A stretch of DNA of 64,000 nt from Escherichia phage phiE142. The stretch is taken from sequence record NC_055709.1; one strand, written 5' to 3'. Below, in pieces: positions 18,951 to 28,566 of the stretch. A model generated the notes under the pieces. The model was not told the DNA's origin and made no database searches. It saw nothing but the letters and a program-made list of their open reading frames with translations. Each line of letters opens with the position of its first letter. Within the stretch, counting starts at the first letter, position 1. Position numbers and translations under genes: made by a program.

Positions 18951-19529
18951 TTAATTACCACGGGCTGCATTAGCAACGGCGTAAGCATACTGAATATTAG
19001 CGTCTTTAAACGTACCTTTAGAGGTATCTATTTCCGCCTTAAAGCCGCCTTTAGCCATAACATCGGCAAATTCTTTACGGAAAGCCATTGCATCAAGACC
19101 TTTCCATGATGATTTATGCTTGGCAAATTCAAGACCAGCGTAGTTGACAGCTTTAGCCAATTTATTATCAATGACCCATTTACCTGCTTTAGGCACAAAC
19201 TTCGGGCCTTTTTGTTTAGAGAACAGTTTTAAATTCCAGCGACGAAGGTCACTGTCGGCTTTAACAAAAGCTGCGTCTAAGTTACTAGCAACGACATCTT
19301 CAATATGAGCAAATTTAAGTCCGTCAACTTCAATATTTAGATCGTTACGCCAGCGTAGTCCTTCCCAAGCGAAGGCTTTAAAATCAGAAGCTTTTGTGGC
19401 TAGATATCGTTCAAGTGGAGCAGTTTTAGGGTCAAAACCATTTCCGCCACGATAATTCCACTCGTCCTTATTAATGCCTTGGACTTTTCCTGCAAAGGCC
19501 TCGGCGATAAATTCTTTATATGTTTTCAT
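18951..19529 (-). CDS. capsid internal protein, IPIII-like (192 aa)
   Basis: N-terminal capsid targeting sequence MKTYKEFIAEA. Confidence 0.7.
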   Translation of the reverse strand: MKTYKEFIAEAFAGKVQGINKDEWNYRGGNGFDPKTAPLERYLATKASDFKAFAWEGLRWRNDLNIEVDGLKFAHIEDVVASNLDAAFVKADSDLRRWNLKLFSKQKGPKFVPKAGKWVIDNKLAKAVNYAGLEFAKHKSSWKGLDAMAFRKEFADVMAKGGFKAEIDTSKGTFKDANIQYAYAVANAARGN

Positions 19530-19592
19530 TTTTGTTTCCTTGTTTGTTTTGATAGAGTAATTATACCATATTAATACTTAAGCGTAAACAAT

Positions 19593-19853
19593 TTAAGCTT
19601 TACCGCCAGAAATAATTCCGAAGTTGTTAAAATCGTATCCAATATCGTCAGCATCTACTTTAGGACTTGCTACAACATAAGCAATTTCACGACGTTTTGC
19701 ATAGGTGTTTATTTCTTTACCGTTGCCACCTAAGAAAGAATACCCATTACGTTTTAATGAGCCAAAGTCTTCGGCATCACCAACGAAAGCTTTAACTTTA
19801 AATTTGGGGTCTTTGGCATCCGCTTCAGTGATAAATTCTTGATACATTTTCAT
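19593..19853 (-). CDS. capsid internal protein, IPII-like (86 aa)
   Basis: N-terminal MKMYQEFITEA capsid targeting sequence. Confidence 0.65.
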   Translation of the reverse strand: MKMYQEFITEADAKDPKFKVKAFVGDAEDFGSLKRNGYSFLGGNGKEINTYAKRREIAYVVASPKVDADDIGYDFNNFGIISGGKA

Positions 19854-19859
19854 TTTTCC

Positions 19860-20273
19860 TTAGTAAATTGATTTACCATAGTATTTGTACCAAGTGGGAC
19901 GTTGAGCAATTTTTTCATCTAAGCGTGCTTGACTTATCGCAATGGACGCTTCGGACGGGACATAATTATTACGAAATTCTACAGGAATGTCGGAAATATC
20001 CTGGACTGTCGTGTCCTTGATTTTGAAACCACGTTTCAAACATTCAGCTATTAGCTCGATTTGACGTAAACGTAAAAATTCGAGTTTGTCGTAAAAGAAT
20101 GTTACGTGGCCCGTGCCTAAAATAAATGTTGGAGAGATTTTAAAATCTTTTACACGTTTACCATTTTGAACATGTTTACGGACTGCACCGAATACACGAG
20201 GTAATTCACGATACTCAGCCATAAGATGTTGGTCGGTCAGTTCAGAAACAAGTGTTAAATTGATACGAGTCAT
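19860..20273 (-). CDS. denV: endonuclease V (pyrimidine-dimer DNA glycosylase)
   Basis: [12 protein letters not shown]...[16 protein letters not shown]...[11 protein letters not shown] matches T4 DenV; start at MTRINL. Confidence 0.9.
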   Translation of the reverse strand: MTRINLTLVSELTDQHLMAEYRELPRVFGAVRKHVQNGKRVKDFKISPTFILGTGHVTFFYDKLEFLRLRQIELIAECLKRGFKIKDTTVQDISDIPVEFRNNYVPSEASIAISQARLDEKIAQRPTWYKYYGKSIY

Positions 20274-20331
20274 AATTTCCTCCAAGTAGTTGATAGATGT
20301 ATAGTATCAAAACCCTTGGAGGAAGTAAACA

Positions 20332-20613
20332 CTATTTTTCTGAAGCGCCTGAAATATATTTTTCAAGACGTTGTTTCATTAACGAGCCGTTCTTAGCGAT
20401 TTCTTCCGGTTTATCGCACATACGCAGCAGTGCTTCAAGCTTAACGATATCACTGGTGCGCTCAAATTTGCGAGTATCTATCTTACTGGCAAGTTCAGAA
20501 ATACGTGCTAATAGACTTTCAGCTTCAACTAAAGCTGCACCTAGCTTAGTTGCAAATGTGTCAGTAGCTTCATTAAGAATAGATTCTGATAAAAATTCAT
20601 TATATGTTTTCAT
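20332..20613 (-). CDS. capsid internal protein-like (CTS-bearing)
   Basis: [12 protein letters not shown]-terminus; start overlaps the e stop (ATGA). Confidence 0.6.
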   Translation of the reverse strand: MKTYNEFLSESILNEATDTFATKLGAALVEAESLLARISELASKIDTRKFERTSDIVKLEALLRMCDKPEEIAKNGSLMKQRLEKYISGASEK

Positions 20614-21098
20614 ATATACGCTTTCCAAGTTCCTGTTTTAAATGTTGAGATTACGCGTTTCGCGCGATTAGGCGTCTGACGATACCATTTAGATTGGGCT
20701 AGATTTACTGCCGCTTCATCCCAACGTTTCTGTTGAAGCATACGAAGAGAATTAGTAAAACCGGCGACGCCTGATACGCCCATTTGGAAGACCATATTGA
20801 CCAATGCACATCGACGAACCGCATCTAAAGAATCATATACCGGTTTAAGTTTAGCATTACCCAAGATTCCGCGAATGGCTTTATCGACGTCTTCATTAAA
20901 TAACTTTTCAGCCTCATCAAGGGTAATTGTACCGTTGCATTTACGACCGATCATCCTGTCAAGTTCAGCTTTAGCTACGGCTAAAGACGGGTTCTTTGTT
21001 ACTAAATGGCCTATGCCAATCGTCCAAAAGCCTTCGGTGTCTTTGTATAAAGTCAGTCTAAGACCTTCGTCATTACGAAGCATTTCAAATATATTCAT
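20610..21098 (-). CDS. e: endolysin (T4 lysozyme family)
   Basis: [28 protein letters not shown]; roughly three-quarters identical to T4L from memory. Confidence 0.95.
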   Translation of the reverse strand: MNIFEMLRNDEGLRLTLYKDTEGFWTIGIGHLVTKNPSLAVAKAELDRMIGRKCNGTITLDEAEKLFNEDVDKAIRGILGNAKLKPVYDSLDAVRRCALVNMVFQMGVSGVAGFTNSLRMLQQKRWDEAAVNLAQSKWYRQTPNRAKRVISTFKTGTWKAYI

Positions 21099-21100
21099 AA

Positions 21101-21126
21101 TACCTCCTACGTTTATAGGAGGTATT
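21101..21126 (-). promoter_or_regulatory. RBS-sequestering inverted repeat upstream of e
   Basis: atacctccta-cgttta-taggaggtat perfect 10-bp inverted repeat containing the Shine-Dalgarno. Confidence 0.6.
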
Positions 21127-21132
21127 TATTAC

Positions 21133-21591
21133 TTATAGGATGGTAGTGAGCACCTTATATAATGATTTGCCCATTACATATTCCCATTGAGAAGGTTTAA
21201 TTAAAGCGAATGCATCAAATTCAGGAATCTGTCGTCCGTCTGGGAATGTATGATAGGAATTACAAACACTGTTTCTGAATTGCTCGTGCTCTACAGGGAT
21301 GGTATATTGGAATAGATGAATATTCTTATTGTCTGAGTAATGATGTTCGCCTAGGTCTTTCAGGAAGGCAGGGTCATATTGTGTAAACCCAGTTTCTTCT
21401 TCGCATTCACGAATAGCGGCTTCAATAGGAGATTCACCTGGCTCGACACGGCCTTTAGGAATATCCCACCGATGAGCTAATGCACCTTTAGGACGAGAAC
21501 CAGTTACACGGCCCATGAATAACTCTTTATCTTTTGTCATGAAGATAATACCGGCTGATAGTTCTTTCACTTTATTTTTCTTACTCATCAT
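21133..21591 (-). CDS. nudE: Nudix hydrolase
   Basis: Nudix box GRVEPGESPIEAAIRECEEETGF. Confidence 0.85.
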   Translation of the reverse strand: MMSKKNKVKELSAGIIFMTKDKELFMGRVTGSRPKGALAHRWDIPKGRVEPGESPIEAAIRECEEETGFTQYDPAFLKDLGEHHYSDNKNIHLFQYTIPVEHEQFRNSVCNSYHTFPDGRQIPEFDAFALIKPSQWEYVMGKSLYKVLTTIL

Positions 21592-21832
21592 CTCGGTCCC
21601 ATGATTTGGCCATTAATTCGGACATAAATTCTTCAATGCGCGTTTCTTTAGATGGACTTTCACTATTAGAAACCGCAAGTTTGTAATCTGCAATAGGACA
21701 GAACATATCAAGGTCCATATTAAGATCGTCTTTGATTTTTTCTTCTGACACATCTTTATCATATGTGTACAGATAACTATCACATGATTCTGATTTAATG
21801 TAAATTGCTATACTCATCTCAAATTCCTGCAT
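21581..21832 (-). CDS. hypothetical acidic protein (83 aa)
   Basis: ORF only. Confidence 0.4.
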   Translation of the reverse strand: MQEFEMSIAIYIKSESCDSYLYTYDKDVSEEKIKDDLNMDLDMFCPIADYKLAVSNSESPSKETRIEEFMSELMAKSWDRDDE

Positions 21833-22305
21833 TCGGTAATAAAACGTTCAACTTCATTATTCTTGGCCTTTATCTTGTCTTTACGTTCCTGTAAACTACT
21901 TTTAACAAGATTAATAATGATGCCTATAGTACCTCCACCAATAATACCACCAATAATACTTACGATAGTAGATGCTAATAATATAGCGATAATATCTGGT
22001 ATGGCAAAGGCACTTACTTTAGTACTAAAAAACCATACCGACGGTACAAATATAATCCATCCTGTTATCCATTGGCACTTATTGAAAAACTTTTCAAGCT
22101 CAGCTTGAGTTGTTCTTATTACTTCATCGATAGGTTGATATCCATTAATGTATCTGTTCACGATAATACCTGCTGGCTGGTCGATTTTAAATTCTTGGCA
22201 AATACGTTTCACTAAGTAGGATGGACATCCTGTCCAATCTACTGAGTAGTACGAAATACCTTCATTACCGTCGTCTATATTAGACCAATATGTTTTGTTA
22301 ATCAT
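21814..22305 (-). CDS. hypothetical membrane protein (163 aa)
   Basis: two TM helices incl. Gly-zipper IIGGIIGGGTIGII; C-terminal ERFITECR tail. Confidence 0.45.
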   Translation of the reverse strand: MINKTYWSNIDDGNEGISYYSVDWTGCPSYLVKRICQEFKIDQPAGIIVNRYINGYQPIDEVIRTTQAELEKFFNKCQWITGWIIFVPSVWFFSTKVSAFAIPDIIAILLASTIVSIIGGIIGGGTIGIIINLVKSSLQERKDKIKAKNNEVERFITECRNLR

Positions 22306-22991
22306 TACCAGCCTTCCATAGGGAATTCCAGATAAACTTGAGCATTGACACGAATTTCATTGGTAATCTTTTTAACTCGGTCTGTATTACGAGATACACG
22401 TCCGAACCAACGCCATCCATTACTAATTGCACGAGATCCAGTGTGCCATGTTTGCCAATCAAACTGAAGAAGAGTACGGTCTGGAGCTTCCCATTTCTCT
22501 AGTTCACCTTTTTCAATTTTTTCGAGGACTTCTTTGTGCCACTGGCGATAGATAAGTTCGCCATCAGGAATCTGACTGAACTCTGCAGTTCCTGTTGCAA
22601 AATGAGTAGGACACACGTCAGCGTTAACAAGGCCAAGAATATGTTCAGACAAATAGCGAGGATTGTCATAGTCAGGTTGTCCTGCAGTAATAAAATGTTG
22701 ACCAACTGGAATATCCGGGCGTGGTACATCGTCATGGTGATAACCTGGGATAGCAGGGTACCAACCAGGCATCAGCATGTGGACTCGTGAATCAAATACT
22801 ACATCCGAGCCTTTCCAATCGTCAGGGAGATTTTGGATAAAGCTACGAGTAATTGGACCGCCATTATTAAAAGCAAAATTCAAATCGCAGTTAAAGAACA
22901 TAGGCTCGTTTTTAATCTGGTCATTTTTAATCTCATGAGCAAAACCACCTACTGCACGAGCTTGACTATTAAACACTTTAGAACTATTCAT
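22305..22991 (-). CDS. hypothetical protein (228 aa)
   Basis: long ORF, His/Asp-rich segment PGYHHDDVP; no family assigned. Confidence 0.5.
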   Translation of the reverse strand: MNSSKVFNSQARAVGGFAHEIKNDQIKNEPMFFNCDLNFAFNNGGPITRSFIQNLPDDWKGSDVVFDSRVHMLMPGWYPAIPGYHHDDVPRPDIPVGQHFITAGQPDYDNPRYLSEHILGLVNADVCPTHFATGTAEFSQIPDGELIYRQWHKEVLEKIEKGELEKWEAPDRTLLQFDWQTWHTGSRAISNGWRWFGRVSRNTDRVKKITNEIRVNAQVYLEFPMEGW

Positions 22992-22992
22992 A

Positions 22993-23298
22993 TTATTTTC
23001 CTCGACATTCTTTAATGAAATTTTCTAGATTGGTAGATTCAATAGCTTTTTTACGAGCTTCTGCATGTTCTTCTTCAGACAATTTACATTTATAATTAAC
23101 CCAGACGTTATGGTCAAAACTAGTCGTGGCATATAATAACAAAGCCCCGACGAATAATAAAAATGGTGATAAGAATACAAAACCAGGAGCACCATCCATA
23201 TCGTAAGCCTTTTGTAATACTGCAACAGAAAGAGCTGCGTAAAAAGGTGATGCAAATATTGTAAAAAGACCAATTCGGTTGGTTTCGCCTAATTTCAT
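22993..23298 (-). CDS. hypothetical membrane protein (101 aa)
   Basis: two TM helices; C-terminal NFIKECR tail resembling 21814..22305. Confidence 0.45.
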   Translation of the reverse strand: MKLGETNRIGLFTIFASPFYAALSVAVLQKAYDMDGAPGFVFLSPFLLFVGALLLYATTSFDHNVWVNYKCKLSEEEHAEARKKAIESTNLENFIKECRGK

Positions 23299-23368
23299 AA
23301 TATTCTCCTCATGTTTTAATAGGACTACTATAACATAGTCCTATAATTGTGTAAACAGTTTTGCGAAA

Positions 23369-24325
23369 TTATTTGAAAGGTTTTACCATATGGAAATTTT
23401 GTTTGAAACGTTTGACGTAATCATCATGTCCTAAGCTTTTATACATACTTACTACTTTGCTGTAGTTTTCCCAGGCGTATTCACGAAACCAACCGGAGGT
23501 GATGCTTGTACAGACTTTTTCCAATGCCATCATAAAACTATCACGTGGATGGATTTTAAAGTCATTAGGAATCTGAGAACGTTCTAATGCTAGTACACAT
23601 GATTCTTCGTATACACCGGCCAATTTGACCATTTCTGGTAATGATTCGAACTTCTCGCGTGAGGTCATGACTTCAGAACCATCTTTCATATAAAATGTAT
23701 ACGCTGGACGGTCCGTTAGTGCAATGGCTTCGTGAATAGTATCATGATCGTATGTGTAGATATCATCTTTAAAGAATGCGCTTTTAGAAGTGTCAAGAAC
23801 TGGGTGAGCATAGTTCAAGGTTTCTTTCTGGCGTTTCAGCATAATTTCAGTAAGTTCATCGTTCAGTTTAACACCTTTACCACGAAGATACTGAATATGG
23901 TTCATAGTCTTTAAAAAGAATGGATTATTTTTCTTGAAACGATGAGACATCTTAATTGCAAGACACATCTCAGGAGTTGCCCAGTAAAACCCGTTCAAAC
24001 GGTCTTTAGTCAAATTTTTCTTGGCGTATTTTAAAAGGTCATAAGAAGACGTGAAATCTTCAGGAGTGAGTTCACCGACTAATTCACGGACATTAGTGAT
24101 TGCCGGAACAATATATGCTTCAAAATGAGTTTCGCGTCCATTATGGAAGCATTTGAAAACTTGGACATCAGGGTTATCTTGGTGAACATATACGCCCATC
24201 ATTTGATTTTTGAATGCATTCCAAGAACCTTGGTCCGCAATAAAGTCCCAATCACTGTTTTTGATAGCGCTAGAATCAATAAGGCCGTGATAGTGAAGTG
24301 CACGAGAACCAATAACTAACATCAT
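23369..24325 (-). CDS. hypothetical protein (318 aa)
   Basis: long ORF with early promoter upstream; weak GS...SDWD N-terminal motif. Confidence 0.5.
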   Translation of the reverse strand: MMLVIGSRALHYHGLIDSSAIKNSDWDFIADQGSWNAFKNQMMGVYVHQDNPDVQVFKCFHNGRETHFEAYIVPAITNVRELVGELTPEDFTSSYDLLKYAKKNLTKDRLNGFYWATPEMCLAIKMSHRFKKNNPFFLKTMNHIQYLRGKGVKLNDELTEIMLKRQKETLNYAHPVLDTSKSAFFKDDIYTYDHDTIHEAIALTDRPAYTFYMKDGSEVMTSREKFESLPEMVKLAGVYEESCVLALERSQIPNDFKIHPRDSFMMALEKVCTSITSGWFREYAWENYSKVVSMYKSLGHDDYVKRFKQNFHMVKPFK

Positions 24326-24353
24326 AATATTTTCCTCTGATTAATTCATTAAC

Positions 24354-24605
24354 TTAAATTTCACGACATGCGATATTATATTCATCCCAGAGGTCGTCAT
24401 GTGAAGCCTCTACCAATGGAACGATTGTACCGTTTATGTCTTCATTATAAGGACAAATTGTACAGTGCGCATCTTCGAATCGTATGCCTTTGTGTTCAGA
24501 TTTTTTATAACGCATATCGAATATCTTTGCAAACTTTTCACGAGTAATAGTTTTAGCAACTACTTCGGTTCCGATACTTTCGTAATAAATCATTGTAGAC
24601 TCCAT
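24354..24605 (-). CDS. hypothetical protein (83 aa)
   Basis: ORF with early promoter at 24611-24651. Confidence 0.4.
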   Translation of the reverse strand: MESTMIYYESIGTEVVAKTITREKFAKIFDMRYKKSEHKGIRFEDAHCTICPYNEDINGTIVPLVEASHDDLWDEYNIACREI

Positions 24606-24655
24606 TTAATTTGATAGGACTACTATAACATAGCCCTATCTTGTTGTAAACTGTT

Positions 24656-24853
24656 TTAGCAAGAATAACTAGACGATACCCAGCCTTGAACAGTAATACT
24701 ATTATTTGATAACGAGATTGCGTCCTGGAGATTAAGACCTGCGTTATCTTCAATCCACAATGTAACTTCTTCACGCTCTTCGGTTGCAATCTGGAACAGG
24801 TTTTCTAGAGCAGCTACTGCGGTACGTACAGCACAATCTAATTCACGAGACAT
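24656..24853 (-). CDS. small paralog A with C-terminal GWVSSSYSC tail (65 aa)
   Basis: shares terminal G-W-V-[SA]-S-S-x-x-C with the next two ORFs. Confidence 0.5.
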   Translation of the reverse strand: MSRELDCAVRTAVAALENLFQIATEEREEVTLWIEDNAGLNLQDAISLSNNSITVQGWVSSSYSC

Positions 24854-24862
24854 ATGGTTTCC

Positions 24863-25135
24863 TTAGCAAGTGTGAGAAGATGCAACCCAACCGCCATCTT
24901 CAAGGCTCAAGTTGTAGTCGTATTGGTAAACATCGGCCCATTCAGCATAACCGTTTTTTGTACAACGTTCAAGATCGGCTTTAAGATGTCCGGGTGAATG
25001 ATAGGTTCCACCCATACCATAAGCTGGATACAAGTCGAATGTTGTGTTTTGTTTATTAGCAATTTCTTTGGCAGCCTCAATAGCTGCATAGATTTTTGCT
25101 ACGGCTTCAGCCAGTTCGGTTTGTTCTTTAGACAT
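24863..25135 (-). CDS. small paralog B with C-terminal GWVASSHTC tail (90 aa)
   Basis: tandem paralog; AAGGAA RBS coupling. Confidence 0.5.
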   Translation of the reverse strand: MSKEQTELAEAVAKIYAAIEAAKEIANKQNTTFDLYPAYGMGGTYHSPGHLKADLERCTKNGYAEWADVYQYDYNLSLEDGGWVASSHTC

Positions 25136-25144
25136 AATGATTCC

Positions 25145-25450
25145 TTAGCACAATGCAGAAGACGAAACCCAAGCACCTTCAGTAATAACATAACCATTAC
25201 CTTCACGCTTAACATCACCACCATTATTTTCAATTTCATCTTTCATCCACTGGGATACAATTTCACCCTTAGGATAATAAGTACGACCGCTACCATAATC
25301 ACCTACAGAAAACGATACGGCGTATTGGTCTGCGATCTTTGTTGCTTCTTCTTCGATACGTTCAGCTTGATTCAGAAGTTTATAAATTGCATCTGAAGCG
25401 GATTTGGCATCATTAAACTCTGGTACTTTAATTTCAATAATCTTACTCAT
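25145..25450 (-). CDS. small paralog C with C-terminal AWVSSSALC tail (101 aa)
   Basis: tandem paralog; shares MSK start and YG(S/M)G(R/G)TY core with paralog B. Confidence 0.5.
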   Translation of the reverse strand: MSKIIEIKVPEFNDAKSASDAIYKLLNQAERIEEEATKIADQYAVSFSVGDYGSGRTYYPKGEIVSQWMKDEIENNGGDVKREGNGYVITEGAWVSSSALC

Positions 25451-25548
25451 TTTCTACATTCCTTAATAAAGTTTTCGATTGTTTCATTTTCACGTCTAGC
25501 TAGGAGTTCATTATAACTAATCATTTGAGAAGCGTAAACAGCATAAAT

Positions 25549-25941
25549 TCAGTTCAGGCTTTTGCATCTTATTTCCTTAACGAATTCCATAGCTTCTTCA
25601 TATTCATACTTTTTAACAGCTTCATCATACTGAGCTTGGGCTTTTGCGCACTGAACTTTCCATTCTCTTAATCGGGCTCTGTGATGACGGCCTTGGTGCC
25701 AATATCCTACCCAATTAATAGGCATTAATAAAAACGGTACAATAAGTGGTGCGACGAACATTAATGAAAACGCTGCATCAGACGATATAACTTTATTGGA
25801 ATCTAAAATAGCTCCTATAATCATAAAGATTAAAAATGCTAAAGCTAAAATAGGACCAAATAGTACTTCATTTGGGATTAATTTACGCTTGTATTCATAC
25901 GCCCAGGGCTTAATTGGCATGTATAGGGTTGGCTTTGACAT
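25549..25941 (-). CDS. hypothetical membrane protein
   Basis: two TM helices; start trimmed to reduce overlap. Confidence 0.4.
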   Translation of the reverse strand: MSKPTLYMPIKPWAYEYKRKLIPNEVLFGPILALAFLIFMIIGAILDSNKVISSDAAFSLMFVAPLIVPFLLMPINWVGYWHQGRHHRARLREWKVQCAKAQAQYDEAVKKYEYEEAMEFVKEIRCKSLN

Positions 25942-26506
25942 ATTCTCTACATTCCATAATAAATTGCTCAAGGATTAAATTGTTAGTGAAATTAGGACTA
26001 ACAACCATAGTTTCATAAAGCGCATCAATAGCACTTAAAGCATCAACTCTTTTAAGCAAAGGCTTGCCTTCATACATAGTTTCAGAATCGACGATTAACG
26101 TAAAGTAATATTTTTTATTATCGACTAGAACTTCTGTATCGATATAAAACATATTAGACCTCAGAAGCTTATCTCTAAAACCATAATAATCTTCAGAGCG
26201 TTCGCTGATATATTCCAATTCAGTGTTTAAACAACAAACAGACCATGTAGGAGCAACGAAATCAGTGAATCTAATATCATGATCTGCAACTAGTTTAGCA
26301 ATAGCTCCGATATCATGAATCATAATACCTGGGGCTAATAAAGATTTTCGGTTATTTGCATATTCAGTTGTCTCATAAGAAGACGACCAATACCATTTAC
26401 GTCCAGTTGCAACATATCGTAATGAATCAACTAAAGACGTAGGTGGATTTACCTTATCTCGGAACTCTTCGAACATTGAGTCAATATCATTATTTTGGTT
26501 TCGCAT
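25910..26506 (-). CDS. hypothetical protein (198 aa)
   Basis: start at the ATG preceded by AAGGAG. Confidence 0.5.
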   Translation of the reverse strand: MRNQNNDIDSMFEEFRDKVNPPTSLVDSLRYVATGRKWYWSSSYETTEYANNRKSLLAPGIMIHDIGAIAKLVADHDIRFTDFVAPTWSVCCLNTELEYISERSEDYYGFRDKLLRSNMFYIDTEVLVDNKKYYFTLIVDSETMYEGKPLLKRVDALSAIDALYETMVVSPNFTNNLILEQFIMECREYVKANPIHAN

Positions 26507-26555
26507 GTTAACTCCTTTATTATCCAAAAGGAGGACCGGAGTCCTCCGTATTATT

Positions 26556-27149
26556 TTATTTCAAAGAGTTAATATATTCTTGTACATCAGCAGAAGTGGT
26601 TTCAACACCGGCTGGAGTGCCATTGAATGTTTCAACACGAGTCAGAGTGTCTTCGATATCAACCTTAGTCAGTGCAGCAATTTCGATTACATCATCAGCC
26701 GTAGAGATACCAAGGGCATTGGCTGCTCGAGTTTCGCGGATGTATTCAAGTTTGATTGCCAGATTCTGACGAGCATCATCAAGTTCAACCACCTTACGAG
26801 CAATTTCAATTCGCATGGCGGCATACCCGTCAGCTTTTGTATTAAGTTGTTCGGCGGTTCGACGATACAGAAGACCAAGCTTAGCATGCATGGTAACATC
26901 TTGTCCTTCAGCCAGGAGCTTACGAATTTCACGTTCCTTAGAAGCGGCTTGCTTGTTCTTTTCATTAACAAGTTCGCGAATACGTTTTTCTTCATTAATA
27001 GATTTAATAGAAGCAGTTTTTAGTTCTTTGATTTGGGTAATCAACTTATCTGCAGCTGCGTTATACTGTTCTTCGACAGTCAGATTTTTAGCCATAGCAG
27101 TACCCAGTTTAGTGCGGATGAATTCAACAAGTTTCTTCAGTGTGTTCAT
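26556..27149 (-). CDS. hypothetical coiled-coil protein (197 aa)
   Basis: start at ATG (MNTLKKL); largely alpha-helical heptad-rich sequence. Confidence 0.5.
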   Translation of the reverse strand: MNTLKKLVEFIRTKLGTAMAKNLTVEEQYNAAADKLITQIKELKTASIKSINEEKRIRELVNEKNKQAASKEREIRKLLAEGQDVTMHAKLGLLYRRTAEQLNTKADGYAAMRIEIARKVVELDDARQNLAIKLEYIRETRAANALGISTADDVIEIAALTKVDIEDTLTRVETFNGTPAGVETTSADVQEYINSLK

Positions 27150-27220
27150 ATTATTACCTTTCAATTGGTGGTTTTATTATCCAACGAGAGCATTATACTC
27201 TGCTCTCAAGAGTTTGTAAA

Positions 27221-27448
27221 TTATTTTTTAATCAAATTGACATAAAACTTGGCGTCTTCTGGGTGCATGCCTTCGCAGTATTCTTCAACCATGAACTTCT
27301 TAACAGCTTCATAAGGACCACTCAGATTAAGCTCAGTTGTCCAGAACTTGGAATCTTGGACTGAATCGATACGAACTTCAGGGTGACGGTTGCGAATAAC
27401 TTCTTCGGTGTATTCATAATCAACGACATCAATACTAACTGTAGCCAT
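27221..27448 (-). CDS. hypothetical acidic protein (75 aa)
   Basis: ORF only. Confidence 0.4.
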   Translation of the reverse strand: MATVSIDVVDYEYTEEVIRNRHPEVRIDSVQDSKFWTTELNLSGPYEAVKKFMVEEYCEGMHPEDAKFYVNLIKK

Positions 27449-27506
27449 TTTGTTTCTCCTCTTGATTTGATAGGTCTATAGTAACACCGTCCATGGTGTT
27501 TGTACA

Positions 27507-28037
27507 TCATTTATTTTTAATTTTGCAAATTTTTCCAGCTTCGATACATGCAGCATAGATGATGCTCTGGGCAATTTTATTGCTAGTAGACCTTGCAATC
27601 ACACTAAGAACAATTTCTTTTTCTTCACCACCACAACCCCAGGACCTTTGCTCATGAGTACCTTTAACTACGGCTGAAACTTCAACAGAACGTCCGCCAT
27701 CAGAAGTTTTAACATCTACAACCCAATCGCCATCTTTCTCTTCAACCTGTGGTTTATCCCAAGAAATACTAATATATGATTCACTGTCAATAGAAGTCGC
27801 CGGGTTTTTCTTTACTGTAAGACCTTCACTTTCCAGCCATTCAATAGTATTTGCGCATAAATCAGAAGAACACCTCATCGGAAACTGGCAAGATTTTTCA
27901 CCTTTAGCTGCAGCGTTATACATCTTTTCTAAAATACGCTTTTGCACGTTTTTAAAAATAGTTTCAGCAGATTCTTCAGATTTTTTATTCAGTTCAGTAT
28001 AAAGACTCATAACATTCTTCTCATTAATAGGGCTCAT
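27507..28037 (-). CDS. hypothetical protein (176 aa)
   Basis: ORF only. Confidence 0.45.
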   Translation of the reverse strand: MSPINEKNVMSLYTELNKKSEESAETIFKNVQKRILEKMYNAAAKGEKSCQFPMRCSSDLCANTIEWLESEGLTVKKNPATSIDSESYISISWDKPQVEEKDGDWVVDVKTSDGGRSVEVSAVVKGTHEQRSWGCGGEEKEIVLSVIARSTSNKIAQSIIYAACIEAGKICKIKNK

Positions 28038-28067
28038 AATATCTCAATCATAAGCCCATGTACGCAT

Positions 28068-28343
28068 TTATTTCATATTATCGAAATATTCTTCAGCGAT
28101 TTCGACATTATCATGGTAAACTTTAGAAGACAGTTTAACATAACCTTCTGCTGCGAACATATTAATCACAACCTTTACAGTATACCATTGTCCGTCTTCA
28201 TTACCCATTACTGCGTAAGTTTCAAACATCGGATGGTTAGGTCCAATAACTTTAATATCATTCACCGTACGTCCGAAATCTTCTGGAACGCATTTCATAA
28301 AGAAATTGAACAGTTCACCGTAATTATCCATTTCATTCTCCAA
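28068..28343 (-). CDS. hypothetical protein (91 aa)
   Basis: ORF with early promoter GTTTAC-N17-TACTAT upstream. Confidence 0.45.
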   Translation of the reverse strand: MENEMDNYGELFNFFMKCVPEDFGRTVNDIKVIGPNHPMFETYAVMGNEDGQWYTVKVVINMFAAEGYVKLSSKVYHDNVEIAEEYFDNMK

Positions 28344-28539
28344 GGTTTTTCTGTATCAGTGGTTGATAGTTGTATAGTACCACGGAAGAACAGGGATGTA
28401 AACAGTTTTGTGAAAAAAAATTTAAAAAGTTTTTTTGGGGAATTCTAGAGCAGGGAGGGGAAATCAAAGGATAGAATAATATATTATAAAGGGCAGAAAC
28501 TAAATGATGCCTAGAGAGGCCTGGAAAGGCCTAGATACC

Positions 28540-28566
28540 AAAAAGCCCTATCTAAATGATAGGGAT
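28540..28566 (-). terminator. intrinsic terminator
   Basis: ccctatc-taaat-gataggg hairpin followed by U-run on the minus strand. Confidence 0.55.

Noticed and set aside
20297-20641. Plus-strand ORF 20297..20641 opposite the CTS-protein gene
   Set aside because: Ser/Leu-rich antisense translation of a gene with a clear capsid-targeting N-terminus.
28440-28452. TCTAGAATTC (overlapping XbaI and EcoRI sites) as evidence of a cloning-vector polylinker
   Set aside because: A single 10-mer with no flanking vector-like sequence; could easily be chance.
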